From Aeromonas phage pAEv1810, in sequence record OL964756.1: a stretch of DNA of 40,000 nt. One strand, given 5' to 3'. This document shows positions 1 through 9,232 of this stretch, piece by piece. Each line of letters starts with the position of its first letter. The first letter of the stretch is position 1. Made by a program: the position numbers and the translations under genes. A model generated the notes under the pieces. It was not told where the DNA came from, ran no database searches, and saw only the letters and a list, made by a program, of their open reading frames with translations.

Positions 1-80
1 GAAATTAAACTTGCTTGGATGACTGTTTACATTAATGGTCTTGCTTTCAAAGATCTAAAAGTTGTTATTTAAACCTATCT

Positions 81-110
81 AGAGTAACCCAGGATCTCCT
101 GGGTTACTCT
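81..110 (+). terminator. intrinsic terminator-like hairpin
   Basis: Perfect inverted repeat AGAGTAACCCAGG..CCTGGGTTACTCT followed by TTTT, upstream of the ORF at 150. Confidence 0.75.
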
Positions 111-149
111 TTTAAGTCTAGTTGAATAAGCACGATAGGAATAATTATA

Positions 150-614
150 ATGATGAAAGAAGGTAGGATAAGTTATGCGATAGATGGGAATAAAGTTGTA
201 TTCCATGATAATCAACTAAAGGGTAGTTTGGTATTGTATTTCAAACCTTTGAATCCTAAGCAAGGTTCAGATTTGATGTATGGCACTTTAAACGATATCT
301 TGTTGTCGTTGAAGAGAAAAGAACTTATCTTGGAGTTATTCGGAATCACCAGAATAGATGTTCAAAAAGACATTATTCTTAAAGGTAAGATTTTTCTTAA
401 ATCTAGTTTCTTATTTGATCCTGAATTGAACAATTCTAAGCTACACTTTGTTTCTATTAAAAGTCGCTGCGTAATTAACGAATCAGAGATTTCTCACTTT
501 GGTGATACAAGACATGGATTAATTAAATTTGATCACTGTAGTATTTCCAAAGAAGATTTTGTAAGACTTCCTGCTGGAAGAGAAATTACTGTTATAAACA
601 ACCAAATCCATTAA
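150..614 (+). CDS. hypothetical phage protein
   Basis: 154-aa ORF, compactly placed before the ORF at 632; AT-rich phage codon usage. Confidence 0.7.
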   Translation: MMKEGRISYAIDGNKVVFHDNQLKGSLVLYFKPLNPKQGSDLMYGTLNDILLSLKRKELILELFGITRIDVQKDIILKGKIFLKSSFLFDPELNNSKLHFVSIKSRCVINESEISHFGDTRHGLIKFDHCSISKEDFVRLPAGREITVINNQIH

Positions 615-631
615 TCTAGAAAGAGGTTATT

Positions 632-2140
632 ATGAACGCTAAATTCATTATTGAACAAATCGTTATGTCAATGTCATTTTTGAAAGCTGATCAATTTACC
701 GAACATAAGTTTATTAAACAGGAAGATGAACATGGGATGTATAAGTGCTTGAAAGCAGTCATTAATCATCCTGAAACTGGTCACTTGCAAAATAAAGTTG
801 GTGTTGCCACAATTTTAGAAGAGATCAAAGAAAAAATAGGGAGTATATTTTTCAATTGGAGTTATCTACTGGATATTCTCTCCGAGATTAACAAATTAGA
901 AAATGTAGAAGAACACAAGGAAGTGTTGGAGAGTTTTTATTATTGGATGCTCGGTGATCGACAAGTAACTAATGTTGATCTTTTTCTAGGTGTTATGAAC
1001 CAAGATGACCGTGCGGATCCACGCGAAATACTTGTGCGAGCTTTTCAAGGACAGTACCTAGATCTTCATTTATTTAATGAAACCATAGAACGTGCTTTTG
1101 ATCTTAATCTAGACAAACAAATAGAGTTGCTTGTTGATGTCTTCAACATTCCACAATCCATGTATGAACAAATCCTAGAAAAACAAGATTCATATGAACG
1201 TCGAACTTTTACCATCTATTCACTACGTTCATTCTTATTTGATAAAGAAACAACCTCGCCAGAACCAAAAGGTGATTCTGTTTCAGATGACACCCAAGCG
1301 GTTCAAGAAATTCTAAATAAACCAATTAAGGATAAAGAGATGAAGCAAGAACAATTCTACACCAAACTGTATTTCTATTCTGATGCAAAACGTATTATCT
1401 TCTCTGGTGGCAAGATCGAAGACATTGCTGAGTGTTTCTCCAAACTCTCTGTAGTTGATCAAGCTGACGTTTGTAACCAGTTCGGGATTACCATCACATC
1501 TATCAAACACGTTCCTGGGATTGCAACTGTACTTGCTACTATGTTCATGAACATGGAGATGGAAGTTCTCAAGCATAAGTTGTCTGATTTGGTTTCCCAT
1601 GGTTATATTGGTGAACTTCACGGTCGTATTGAACAATGTGAAACCTGGGAAGATGCAAATAAACTTCACCAGTACGTGATGTCTACTTTTAATGGAATGC
1701 AAGTTGAAAGTGTCAAAGACATTATCGTTAAACACTTTGGATTTGATAACCGTCATCAGTTCCAACACGATGGTACTCAACTAGCAGGTTTCTTTGCTGG
1801 TGTTATCTTTGCTGACGCCATGTCTATGGTTCATCGTAAAGAAGAGTATCGTCATCAAGCAAGTCAAGAACACGCTTGTGATGGAGATTGTCCAGGTTGT
1901 TCAGAACAAAGAGAGATTCTGAATATTTCCAAACAACCTATGTTGAGTCTCAGTGCCGTAATTGACGCAATTAACAACGCTGATCTTGACACCAGTAAAG
2001 GCAATGGTGAAACATTTGTCCCTGATATTTATAGTCGCAATTTTGGGATCGGGATGATTAAGGGTACACAAGAACCTAAACAACCAGTAAAATATCCGGT
2101 TAGTAACAAACGTCCACGCATCTTCATTATTAGTCGTTAA
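632..2140 (+). CDS. conserved-looking hypothetical protein, 502 aa, with CDGDCPGC cysteine cluster
   Basis: Long ORF, RBS AGAGG upstream, ends at terminator hairpin 2149-2178. Confidence 0.85.
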   Translation: MNAKFIIEQIVMSMSFLKADQFTEHKFIKQEDEHGMYKCLKAVINHPETGHLQNKVGVATILEEIKEKIGSIFFNWSYLLDILSEINKLENVEEHKEVLESFYYWMLGDRQVTNVDLFLGVMNQDDRADPREILVRAFQGQYLDLHLFNETIERAFDLNLDKQIELLVDVFNIPQSMYEQILEKQDSYERRTFTIYSLRSFLFDKETTSPEPKGDSVSDDTQAVQEILNKPIKDKEMKQEQFYTKLYFYSDAKRIIFSGGKIEDIAECFSKLSVVDQADVCNQFGITITSIKHVPGIATVLATMFMNMEMEVLKHKLSDLVSHGYIGELHGRIEQCETWEDANKLHQYVMSTFNGMQVESVKDIIVKHFGFDNRHQFQHDGTQLAGFFAGVIFADAMSMVHRKEEYRHQASQEHACDGDCPGCSEQREILNISKQPMLSLSAVIDAINNADLDTSKGNGETFVPDIYSRNFGIGMIKGTQEPKQPVKYPVSNKRPRIFIISR

Positions 2141-2148
2141 TGATCATA

Positions 2149-2178
2149 CCCTCTACACCTTTGCAGGTGTAGAGGGTA
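2149..2178 (+). terminator. intrinsic terminator-like hairpin
   Basis: TACCCTCTACAC-ttgcag-GTGTAGAGGGTA, followed by a T-rich tract. Confidence 0.75.
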
Positions 2179-2206
2179 ACTTAGTATATTTTTAATTTTG
2201 TCTCTT

Positions 2207-2230
2207 CTATAATTTTTCAAACATATATTA
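2207..2230 (+). promoter_or_regulatory. putative phage RNAP promoter (repeated motif, copy 1)
   Basis: ctataatttttcaaacatatatta; near-identical to copies at 10467, 16099, 20428, 25607. Confidence 0.65.
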
Positions 2231-2329
2231 TTACCGTGTACCAGTAGGAAGAGTTTTAATTTTGACTAAGGAGTTCATCATGTAACTATAATCGTATTAC
2301 CTATCAAACCAACACACAGGGTCACTAGG

Positions 2330-2701
2330 ATGAACAAATCCGATTTAATAAAGAAAATATTCCTAGGAGAACTCTTTGAAGAAAAACCCAAGAGTTACCC
2401 CAAAGTTTATTTTATCAAAGGTATGTTGCGAGATGATAACTTAAGGTTCTTTTCCACGTTCAGATATCGGGTTAATAAACATGATGTTATCATTGTTTCT
2501 ATCAAGATCGCTCTTGATAATCCAGAGAACAATGTATGCATTTCATTGATCCATATTAAACCAATGAAAAAGTTCACTAAATCAATATTTCGTAAATCCT
2601 ATCGAGTACTTTATAAAGGGATGGATGAGATCATTTCATCTTCATCTATTCTCCTTGCAGAGAAGCTCGACAAGCTTGAGGAAAGCCTTAATGTCAAATA
2701 G
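2330..2701 (+). CDS. hypothetical protein
   Basis: 123-aa ORF downstream of the putative promoter, slightly overlapping the next gene. Confidence 0.7.
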   Translation: MNKSDLIKKIFLGELFEEKPKSYPKVYFIKGMLRDDNLRFFSTFRYRVNKHDVIIVSIKIALDNPENNVCISLIHIKPMKKFTKSIFRKSYRVLYKGMDEIISSSSILLAEKLDKLEESLNVK

Positions 2702-3083
2702 TGTAGAAAAGTTAATCGTTATGATTAAGCAGGATGTGAGTGAGTTCCTTGATATGATCAAGGGTAAACCGTTTCCTTCTGAAATCAAAACCGAAGAAGC
2801 TAAAATGTTCAGTTTCAGTACTACTTGCACCGGAACAGAGTTTAAGATTTCTGTTACAGCATTAAAGACAGAATTCCCCGGGAAGTTTCTGATATATATC
2901 AATACTGCGTTTATGTCAGAACCTAAAACAAAAGAATCAATTATTATCCATGGTGTTCCACTTCACGGTACTTACGAGTCAACTCATGCTCTTGAGAATA
3001 TCGAAGAAGAAGATCAATTGGATAGTGAAATCTATCGACTGATTGAAGAATCTCTTGAGCAACACATCAGTCATGCTTTGTAA
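2691..3083 (+). CDS. hypothetical protein
   Basis: ORF 2625..3083; ATG at 2691 (MSNSVEKL) preferred because GAGGAAAG lies just upstream. Confidence 0.7.
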   Translation: MSNSVEKLIVMIKQDVSEFLDMIKGKPFPSEIKTEEAKMFSFSTTCTGTEFKISVTALKTEFPGKFLIYINTAFMSEPKTKESIIIHGVPLHGTYESTHALENIEEEDQLDSEIYRLIEESLEQHISHAL

Positions 3084-3207
3084 ACGCTCTGTATTGCGTT
3101 TAAATCAATTTCTTTATTAAATACGTACGATTCAATACTTTAGAGAAAAGAATCGTTTACAAGAGCTCTCAGCTCGTTTTAATCAATATGTTATCTAGGA
3201 GAAGAAA

Positions 3208-4158
3208 ATGGATCGTTGCTTCAATATCTATGGTGCAGGTGGTGCTGGTATTAACATTCTGAACCAACTGCTTAAAGAGTCTAAGTCTCAGCAGTTTATC
3301 AAACAAGTAGTTGGTCTGGATACCTCTGACGCCAACCCAGCTATCGATGGTCTGTTTGAAATCGAACGTCTTGGTGATACTCGTGGTTCTGGTTCCGATA
3401 AGAGTGCGAACATCTCCCGTTACCCAGACTTCGTAAAACAAGTTCTGGCTAAACATCAACCTAATAGTATCAACATTGTAGTGTTCTCAGGAGCTGGTGG
3501 GTCAGGTTCAGGTATTGGTCCGTTCCTGGTGCGTGCAATGTTGGAACGTGATATTCCGGTTCTGTCAGTAGTAATTGGAGATACAACTTCTATCAAGGAG
3601 TTTGATAACACCATCTCTACTCTGCGTTCTCTGAATGCTCAGACTAAGCTTGGTTGTCCGGTACTGTTTGCTTATCGCGAAAACCAACTTGGTCGTACAC
3701 AAGGCGAGGTTAACCGTAATGTGTTGGAAGTAATTAACAACGCAATCATGATGTTCAATCTGCAAAACGAACGTATTGATTACGCTGATGTTAAGAACTT
3801 CTTCTTCTTTACCAATGTGGTTAAAGCAGATCCAATTCTTACTCAAGTGTCGTTCTGTAACGATGAGAATGTGAAAGACTACAAACGCACCCCGGTTGCG
3901 TGTATCTCCCTGTTCAATGACATTGATCAAATCAAAGCTCCGTTTGATAATCTCCTGTATCGTAAAGCTGGTTTGTTCGGACCTGAAACAGAAGGTCTGA
4001 TTAATGCAGCTCACGCTCTGCTTGATCACGGTTCTACTCTTAATGAGCTGGAAGTAATGATGAAGCAACAAGAGACTAAACAAGCTGAACTCTCTGGTAA
4101 ATACAAAGTACAAAAAGATCTGAGCCAAGGTTCTGATGACCACGGCATGTTCTGTTAA
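3208..4158 (+). CDS. phuZ: PhuZ-like phage tubulin/FtsZ family cytoskeletal protein
   Basis: N-terminal GAGGAGINILNQLL glycine loop and tubulin signature-like FSGAGGSGSGIGP; 316 aa; RBS CTAGGAG. Confidence 0.93.
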   Translation: MDRCFNIYGAGGAGINILNQLLKESKSQQFIKQVVGLDTSDANPAIDGLFEIERLGDTRGSGSDKSANISRYPDFVKQVLAKHQPNSINIVVFSGAGGSGSGIGPFLVRAMLERDIPVLSVVIGDTTSIKEFDNTISTLRSLNAQTKLGCPVLFAYRENQLGRTQGEVNRNVLEVINNAIMMFNLQNERIDYADVKNFFFFTNVVKADPILTQVSFCNDENVKDYKRTPVACISLFNDIDQIKAPFDNLLYRKAGLFGPETEGLINAAHALLDHGSTLNELEVMMKQQETKQAELSGKYKVQKDLSQGSDDHGMFC

Positions 4159-4169
4159 TATAAATGGAG

Positions 4170-4195
4170 TAGAGGAGGGGATTAACCCTCCTCTA
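4170..4195 (+). terminator. terminator-like hairpin after phuZ
   Basis: TAGAGGAGGG-gattaa-CCCTCCTCTA. Confidence 0.65.
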
Positions 4196-4202
4196 ACTTA
4201 TT

Positions 4203-4481
4203 ATGCAAATTCTTTTTAATCTGTCTAGTATAGGCAACAACTTAACTGTATTGTCGGAAGCTAAAGAGAGTTTGGCATATTCCATTTTACAAGATGCGTG
4301 TCTTGACCATGGTATTCCTCTCCCACCTTCCCCGTATAGTAGAAGTCTCTCTCATGAACACAGTTATCTTTTTGAATTAGTAAAAGGATATGTGGATGAG
4401 AAACTACTCACTGTACCTACCCCGAGTTATGCGACCTTAACCAACTTAGGTCATCTTCACTTTCAACTCGATATTACTTAA
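4203..4481 (+). CDS. hypothetical protein
   Basis: 92-aa ORF in a compact operon. Confidence 0.6.
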   Translation: MQILFNLSSIGNNLTVLSEAKESLAYSILQDACLDHGIPLPPSPYSRSLSHEHSYLFELVKGYVDEKLLTVPTPSYATLTNLGHLHFQLDIT

Positions 4482-4493
4482 CAAGGCTTGGTT

Positions 4494-4973
4494 ATGTTTC
4501 ATATCGATTACAATTTACTAAAATCACAAGTTGCTCTTACCTGTGTAATGTCAGGCGGACAAGCAACAGAAACTCTGGACTACAATAACGCAATCTATTA
4601 CAGTAAACTCGCTCTAGATTGTATTGTTCATGTTCTCAATGATAAAGTTAACAAACCTGACGACTCTTTCTACCTGTATTGCGAAGAGTATCACAAGAAC
4701 GATTGTCAATTCACCTTCCTTGGCGAAATTGTTATTGGAATGGTGGTGGATATTAAACGACAGTTCTACACCGCAGGTTTTGATCCCCGGTTGAAGTATA
4801 AGTTACTTGAACGGAAATTTAATAATATTCCTTGTTATCGTATCTGCATGGATTTGGAAGAGACGTTCCTCTTCTTTACTCCTAAGGAAGATAAGGAAGA
4901 TGTTTCTCAAGCTGTATCTGATGACCCATCTCAGGAGATGTTAAATGAGCTCTTTGGGATTTACAGTCATTAA
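4494..4973 (+). CDS. hypothetical protein
   Basis: ORF 4488..4973; ATG at 4494. Confidence 0.65.
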   Translation: MFHIDYNLLKSQVALTCVMSGGQATETLDYNNAIYYSKLALDCIVHVLNDKVNKPDDSFYLYCEEYHKNDCQFTFLGEIVIGMVVDIKRQFYTAGFDPRLKYKLLERKFNNIPCYRICMDLEETFLFFTPKEDKEDVSQAVSDDPSQEMLNELFGIYSH

Positions 4974-5391
4974 CTTCACCAGCTTCTTTCCGTTTATAGA
5001 ACAAGCTATTGATGAGAAAGGAATGTACTCATCAAGAATGATAGTTAGAAAAGATTATCCATTCCTTGTTCCTGCGTTTCAAACCTATCTAATTAGAAAG
5101 TGTGGGGTATTCTCTTTAGTTGGTTATGTAGAAGAACCGGTATTAACATCCTGGTTTGATTTTGAAACGTTAATAGAAGAGTTTGATGATTTACTACTAC
5201 AGTTTAGAGAGTACCTCATATCTAATTTAGGACTAGATTTACAAGCCAGGTATACTCTGGTTCGTTATCTGGATAATTTCAACTTTATCATTGCACAAGG
5301 GGAACAGGATGATCCGGTACTCGACCACCAACATTCATCCCTTGTGGATGATTGTGAACAAGTGGTCACTGAATGCGACCCGTTTCTTTGA
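4945..5391 (+). CDS. hypothetical protein
   Basis: 148-aa ORF, AGGAG upstream, overlaps the previous gene end. Confidence 0.65.
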   Translation: MSSLGFTVINFTSFFPFIEQAIDEKGMYSSRMIVRKDYPFLVPAFQTYLIRKCGVFSLVGYVEEPVLTSWFDFETLIEEFDDLLLQFREYLISNLGLDLQARYTLVRYLDNFNFIIAQGEQDDPVLDHQHSSLVDDCEQVVTECDPFL

Positions 5392-5602
5392 AATAGCGCA
5401 AGAGTATGTTCAAAATCGTAATCCTGAAGTATTATCTATCAGGCTACAAATGCTGGAACCTACTCAAGGATTTATGTTAAATCAAGAAGTAAGACAACAA
5501 CTTGATTTACTTATCCAAACATTAGATTCCATTGAAGAATGGGAGAAGTGCTATTTTGAAAATCAACAGTTTATTGTTATAGAAGGACAATTGAATGTCT
5601 GA
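5291..5602 (+). CDS. hypothetical protein (start uncertain)
   Basis: ORF overlaps the previous one by ~100 nt; the true start is likely internal (e.g. around 5345). Confidence 0.5.
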   Translation: MHKGNRMIRYSTTNIHPLWMIVNKWSLNATRFFEIAQEYVQNRNPEVLSIRLQMLEPTQGFMLNQEVRQQLDLLIQTLDSIEEWEKCYFENQQFIVIEGQLNV

Positions 5603-5897
5603 ACCTAAAATCTATACCCAACTGATTACATTCCCAGGTATTCCGATTGAGACAGTAACTAATGCAGTTGGTCTCTTGATGAATGTCCATGGTGTACAAC
5701 ATCAACTGACAGTTAACCCAGAAGGGTTCTCTAGTGATGCACTAGTAACAGGTAATGAAGTAGCAGATATTCGTGCTACTAATCAATATCTGGAGCTTAA
5801 CGGTTTGCTTGGTGGACTTTCTCGTGACCATGAGTTGGTAACTTGTGATACTAAATCAGATGGTAAGTGTCTACATCTGACTCTCACTTGTAAGTAA
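5595..5897 (+). CDS. hypothetical protein
   Basis: 100-aa ORF with 8-nt overlap with the upstream stop. Confidence 0.65.
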   Translation: MSEPKIYTQLITFPGIPIETVTNAVGLLMNVHGVQHQLTVNPEGFSSDALVTGNEVADIRATNQYLELNGLLGGLSRDHELVTCDTKSDGKCLHLTLTCK

Positions 5898-5906
5898 GGA
5901 CACGAC

Positions 5907-6539
5907 ATGTTTGTCTACCTTAATGCGTTTAATTACGATGAACTCATTGGGGGAATCGTGGAGCGTTTAGGAATTCAAGACGAACCTTTGACCTATGAGA
6001 TATTGTTAAAGGCGTTCAAGAGTGTTTCAGAACGTTTAAAACGAAGGAATGAGTTTCTTTCCTCCACCAATGAAGATCCAGATAGAATGGTTGAAAAACT
6101 GGCTGATCATTATTTAGAGCTGGTCAGGATTTCCCCTCACTTTAATGATGAAACTAACCCGATCAGTTTTCTAGTAGAACTAATCGTAGGTTCAACACCT
6201 CAAAGTGTTTGGGAAGGTTATGAAATCTACCGGATTCTATCCGAGGCCCATCAAGTAGTCGGTAACGATCAAGATGGATATTACTTAGACATTGATCCAG
6301 AAGAAGCTCTAGCTATTGCTGAAACTATTCTGGATCACATTGAAAGTAATAAACTTATCGGAGAAGACCCTTTAGATTCTTTCTTAGAAGAACACATCAA
6401 AGATCAATTGATTGGTGATGAACCTGGTTCTTTACAGTTAGAAGTAATAGATTCACCAGGTAAAGTAGTGACCTATGGAAATGCTTTGATTACATTCCCT
6501 CTATTACTTGCCAAGGTTGAGCACTATGAAGTTATCTGA
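5907..6539 (+). CDS. hypothetical protein
   Basis: 210-aa ORF. Confidence 0.7.
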   Translation: MFVYLNAFNYDELIGGIVERLGIQDEPLTYEILLKAFKSVSERLKRRNEFLSSTNEDPDRMVEKLADHYLELVRISPHFNDETNPISFLVELIVGSTPQSVWEGYEIYRILSEAHQVVGNDQDGYYLDIDPEEALAIAETILDHIESNKLIGEDPLDSFLEEHIKDQLIGDEPGSLQLEVIDSPGKVVTYGNALITFPLLLAKVEHYEVI

Positions 6540-6948
6540 AATCCAAAAAGGTGATCTAGTTAATTTCGATATGATTACTCCAGGTATCTTTGGAGATCAG
6601 TATCGAGGTGTTTTGGTAGCAGGTGTGGTTGATTATACAGTAGCTTCTAGTATTGATCCAGAACTTAATGTAAAACACCAAGCTTTCTATCCGATGTTTA
6701 AAAACACCGTGGATAACGTTAATGATCCGTCTCGTTACGACTATCTGCTTATTAGACCAGATCCCACCCAATCTAATCTCTTGGTTATCGGCTATCCCTG
6801 GATTAATCCAAGTTCCCTAGAAGTAACTAAAGGTCGTTCTGCCCTTATTACCATTACTACTTGGGAACAACGCTTTGAAAGTCCTTTAAAAGACTTTCTA
6901 GCTAATCTAGGTGCGCCTTACACCATTGACATCCGTGATAAGTCTTAA
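6526..6948 (+). CDS. hypothetical protein
   Basis: ORF 6508..6948; MKLSEIQKGDLV start at 6526. Confidence 0.65.
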   Translation: MKLSEIQKGDLVNFDMITPGIFGDQYRGVLVAGVVDYTVASSIDPELNVKHQAFYPMFKNTVDNVNDPSRYDYLLIRPDPTQSNLLVIGYPWINPSSLEVTKGRSALITITTWEQRFESPLKDFLANLGAPYTIDIRDKS

Positions 6949-6962
6949 CCTCTTAATTAATT

Positions 6963-6996
6963 CCAACCTAACCTCCTTAATTGGAGGTTAGGTTGG
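6963..6996 (+). terminator. terminator-like hairpin
   Basis: CCAACCTAACCTCC-ttaatt-GGAGGTTAGGTTGG. Confidence 0.7.
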
Positions 6997-7109
6997 TCTT
7001 TACCTTTAGTCTCTTTTTTTATCTTTTCACCACGATTACAATTTAGTAGCGAACTAAACATTTAGCCTCCTATCATTTGTTTTTCATAATTTCTGTTGAG
7101 GGAACAGTT

Positions 7110-9176
7110 ATGTCAGAATCCAATCCGTTTCTCTCAGAAACGTACGAATCAGATCGTAATATAATTAAACACTCCATTGATCAGTATTCGGAATTGATTA
7201 GTAGAGTACAAGGTGAAGATAAAGAAGTTGTAAAGGCTAACTTACTAACTTATTTCAAAGCCAATAAAGAACAATATAAATCTAAACGTGCTAAAGTTAT
7301 TATCAAGAATAAAGTTGGTGATAGAGAAGTAAAGATTATCCCATTCTCGTCCGTATTAAAGCATGTACAAGATAATAATTATCACTTCTCACCTAGTATG
7401 ATAGCGTATACTAACTCTGATGAAGAGGAGTGTGTAAACTCTATCGGAACTCGTTTATTCATCGCTAACCGTAAGTACTATAAGAACTTACGACAAGATG
7501 CAAAAGCAGTAAACGATAAAGATCTTTATGGTAAGTATCATGAGTTACAAAACGCCTTTAAGATCTTTAACAACGCCCAATCCGGAGCCATGTCTTCCGG
7601 AGGTACCCCAATATCCAACCACACTGGTCACACGTCACTTACATCAACAACAAGATGTCTGACCTCTACAGCTAACCTAACCAACGAACAGTTCATTGCC
7701 GGTAATCGTTTCTATCATAACCCTGATGCTACCTTGCAGTCTATGATAGCCAGAATTCAAGTGACTGATTTTAAGCTACTTGAACAAGTAATGAGTAAGT
7801 ATAAACTTCATTACCCAACTACCGAAGATCTAATGAAAAGGGTTAAACATTGCGCTAGTAGATACTGGGATTCCGAATCACAAATGAGTCTTATAGAGAC
7901 CTTTGTGGATAAACTGAAACCTATTGAAAAGGCGTCTATACTTTATACACTAGACTTGTTTTCTCTGTTCAACCATAACAGGGATGTTGTACGTGCTTTC
8001 TTTGATAAATGGTGTCATATACCAGAAGTTGATGAATCCAAACTACTTAAACCTGATAATGGTGATAGATATGTTCTTTGTGTTTCCAAGCTCCCAAGGG
8101 ATCCAAGTAAAGAACAAGTACAGGCATTAAATTATCACCATGTTCAGGTGGAAAAAGAATACAGTGATTTTATTAAGGTGTTTTTTAAATCACCGATTCC
8201 ACCTACCGGATTATTTAATGTTGTTAATGCCGTTAGGGATTGTGTCTTAACTAGTGATACTGACTCAAGTATTTATAGTGTTGATGAAATGATAGATTCT
8301 TACACTAGTGATCAAAAGCAAGGCGTGATGTTGAACGGAGTACTTACGTATTTTATTCGCATGGTCTCTGTTGATCAACATGCACAACTATCCTGCAATA
8401 TGAATGTGTCTAAGAAAAACTTAGATCTACTTAATATGAAAAATGAATATTTCTTCTCAGGTTATGTTACAACTGACATGTCCAAGCATTATTATGCTTA
8501 TCAAGATATGGTAGAAGGTGTAGTGAACGAAGAGGCAGAAATGGAAATTAAAGGTGTTCATCTCAAGTCTTCAAAAATCGCTACTGTTATTAAAGATAAA
8601 GCTCAGGAATTAATGGTTTCCACACTAGACGCCATTAAATCCGGTAAACAGTTGAACGCTCCAGAAATACTATTTGGAGTTGGTGAGCTGGAAAGAGGTA
8701 TCGTCGATGATATTCAAAATGGCGATTATAGTTGGCTTAGTCGTGAAAGTATTAAACCAGCCAGCGCTTATACTAACCCAGATTCTGAAAAATATCTTTA
8801 TCACTCTCTTTGGGAAGAAGTATTCTCAGAGAAGTACGGACCAGCTCCTGAACTTCCTTACACTGGGATTAAAATGTCTGTTGATCTTACTTCCAAATCA
8901 AAACTCAATGCTTATTTGGAAAAGATTGAAGATATTACCATTCGTGAGAAGTTTAAGAGCTTCCTAGAAAGTAAAGGTAAAGATAAGTTAACAAACCTTT
9001 ATCTCCCTATGGAAAGAGCTCAGAACTTGAAAGATATCCCCCTAGAGTTCAAACAAGCTATTGACTACAGAACCTTGTTAAAACAAAACCTCAAGAGTGT
9101 TTACACTGTACTCCACTCTACAGGTTTGTACATGATGAATGACAGTATTACTCGTTTAGTATCAGACGAACATTAA
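7110..9176 (+). CDS. family B DNA polymerase, C-terminal part (motif B + motif C)
   Basis: Motif B-like LQNAFKIFNNAQSGAMSS, motif C CVLTSDTDSSIYSVDEM, then KHYYAYQDMVEG..AEMEIKGVHLKSSKIA typical of PolB. No motif A (DxxSLYP). ORF begins 7077, but ATG 7110 follows GAGGGA. Confidence 0.75.
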   Translation: MSESNPFLSETYESDRNIIKHSIDQYSELISRVQGEDKEVVKANLLTYFKANKEQYKSKRAKVIIKNKVGDREVKIIPFSSVLKHVQDNNYHFSPSMIAYTNSDEEECVNSIGTRLFIANRKYYKNLRQDAKAVNDKDLYGKYHELQNAFKIFNNAQSGAMSSGGTPISNHTGHTSLTSTTRCLTSTANLTNEQFIAGNRFYHNPDATLQSMIARIQVTDFKLLEQVMSKYKLHYPTTEDLMKRVKHCASRYWDSESQMSLIETFVDKLKPIEKASILYTLDLFSLFNHNRDVVRAFFDKWCHIPEVDESKLLKPDNGDRYVLCVSKLPRDPSKEQVQALNYHHVQVEKEYSDFIKVFFKSPIPPTGLFNVVNAVRDCVLTSDTDSSIYSVDEMIDSYTSDQKQGVMLNGVLTYFIRMVSVDQHAQLSCNMNVSKKNLDLLNMKNEYFFSGYVTTDMSKHYYAYQDMVEGVVNEEAEMEIKGVHLKSSKIATVIKDKAQELMVSTLDAIKSGKQLNAPEILFGVGELERGIVDDIQNGDYSWLSRESIKPASAYTNPDSEKYLYHSLWEEVFSEKYGPAPELPYTGIKMSVDLTSKSKLNAYLEKIEDITIREKFKSFLESKGKDKLTNLYLPMERAQNLKDIPLEFKQAIDYRTLLKQNLKSVYTVLHSTGLYMMNDSITRLVSDEH

Positions 9177-9194
9177 TCAATGTTATGTAACTTA

Positions 9195-9225
9195 ACCTCT
9201 ACCTTCCCATTTGGAAGGTAGAGGT
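9195..9225. terminator. bidirectional terminator-like hairpin between convergent genes
   Basis: ACCTCTACCTTCC-catt-GGAAGGTAGAGGT between the 9176 (+) and 9233 (-) stops. Confidence 0.75.
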
Positions 9226-9232
9226 ATAATTA

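Noticed and set aside
1313-1780. Antisense 155-aa ORF
   Set aside because: Embedded in the convincing 632-2140 gene with no independent signals.
3565-4143. Antisense 192-aa ORF in phuZ
   Set aside because: Shadow ORF opposite a gene with clear tubulin motifs.
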